Assembly: GCF_001194135.2 (NCBI RefSeq)
Contig: NC_068990.1
Span: forward strand, 83,424,671 to 83,488,670
Origin: Octopus bimaculoides
Taxonomy: Eukaryota
Reading direction: 5' to 3'
Length of the DNA stretch: 64,000 nt
Made by a program: the position numbers and the translations under genes. Shown here one piece after another: positions 63,685-64,000 of this stretch. The notes beneath the pieces were generated by a model that worked only from the letters and a program-made list of their open reading frames with translations, searched no databases and was not told the origin of the DNA. Numbering within the stretch: the first letter of the stretch is position 1; each line of letters starts with the position of its first letter.

Positions 63685-64000
63685 NNNNNNNNNNATATTT
63701 ATACACACATGTATATGTGTGTGTGTGTCGGTAATACAGTGCAGTGCAGTTGTACGGAAGCGTCAAACACGCCGGGATATAAATATATCTGGTATATATA
63801 AATGTTGGTATGTATGTGTATGTGTTATATACATATATATAGATATTATTTATATTTATATTATGAATATGGAGTGGCGCACATTTGTGTGTGCAATTGG
63901 GAGTGTGCGTATATTCATAGTATTGTGGTTCAATATTAAAAAACATCCTGTATATATATATAGATAGAGACATACATACGTACTTACATACGCTCACATC

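Overview
AT-rich eukaryotic genomic DNA from a gapped short-read assembly (about 16 N-runs, almost all flanked by microsatellites). The dense tRNA-derived SINEs with internal (TA)n/(TG)n tracts and the very high microsatellite load suggest an Octopus genome; this is an inference. The only supportable protein-coding feature is the first coding exon of an IRF2BP-family gene (IRF2BPL/Pits-like transcriptional co-repressor) on the minus strand, 61210->60349. It ends at a phase-1 GT donor inside the conserved middle domain. I found no downstream exon, so about 60 kb of the window is probably one giant intron. That interval holds at least six SINE-like families, RTE-type LINE remnants, piggyBac- and hAT-type MITEs, and two long near-perfect palindromes. 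The most unusual items are (i) a composite element at about 49.46-49.97 kb with back-to-back tRNA-like Pol III heads, a Penelope-type minimal hammerhead ribozyme motif and flanking direct repeats, and (ii) a 5S rRNA-derived head fused to a SINE 3' module at about 50.47-50.72 kb. Repeat boundaries were set by eye and are approximate unless a TSD or TIR is quoted.
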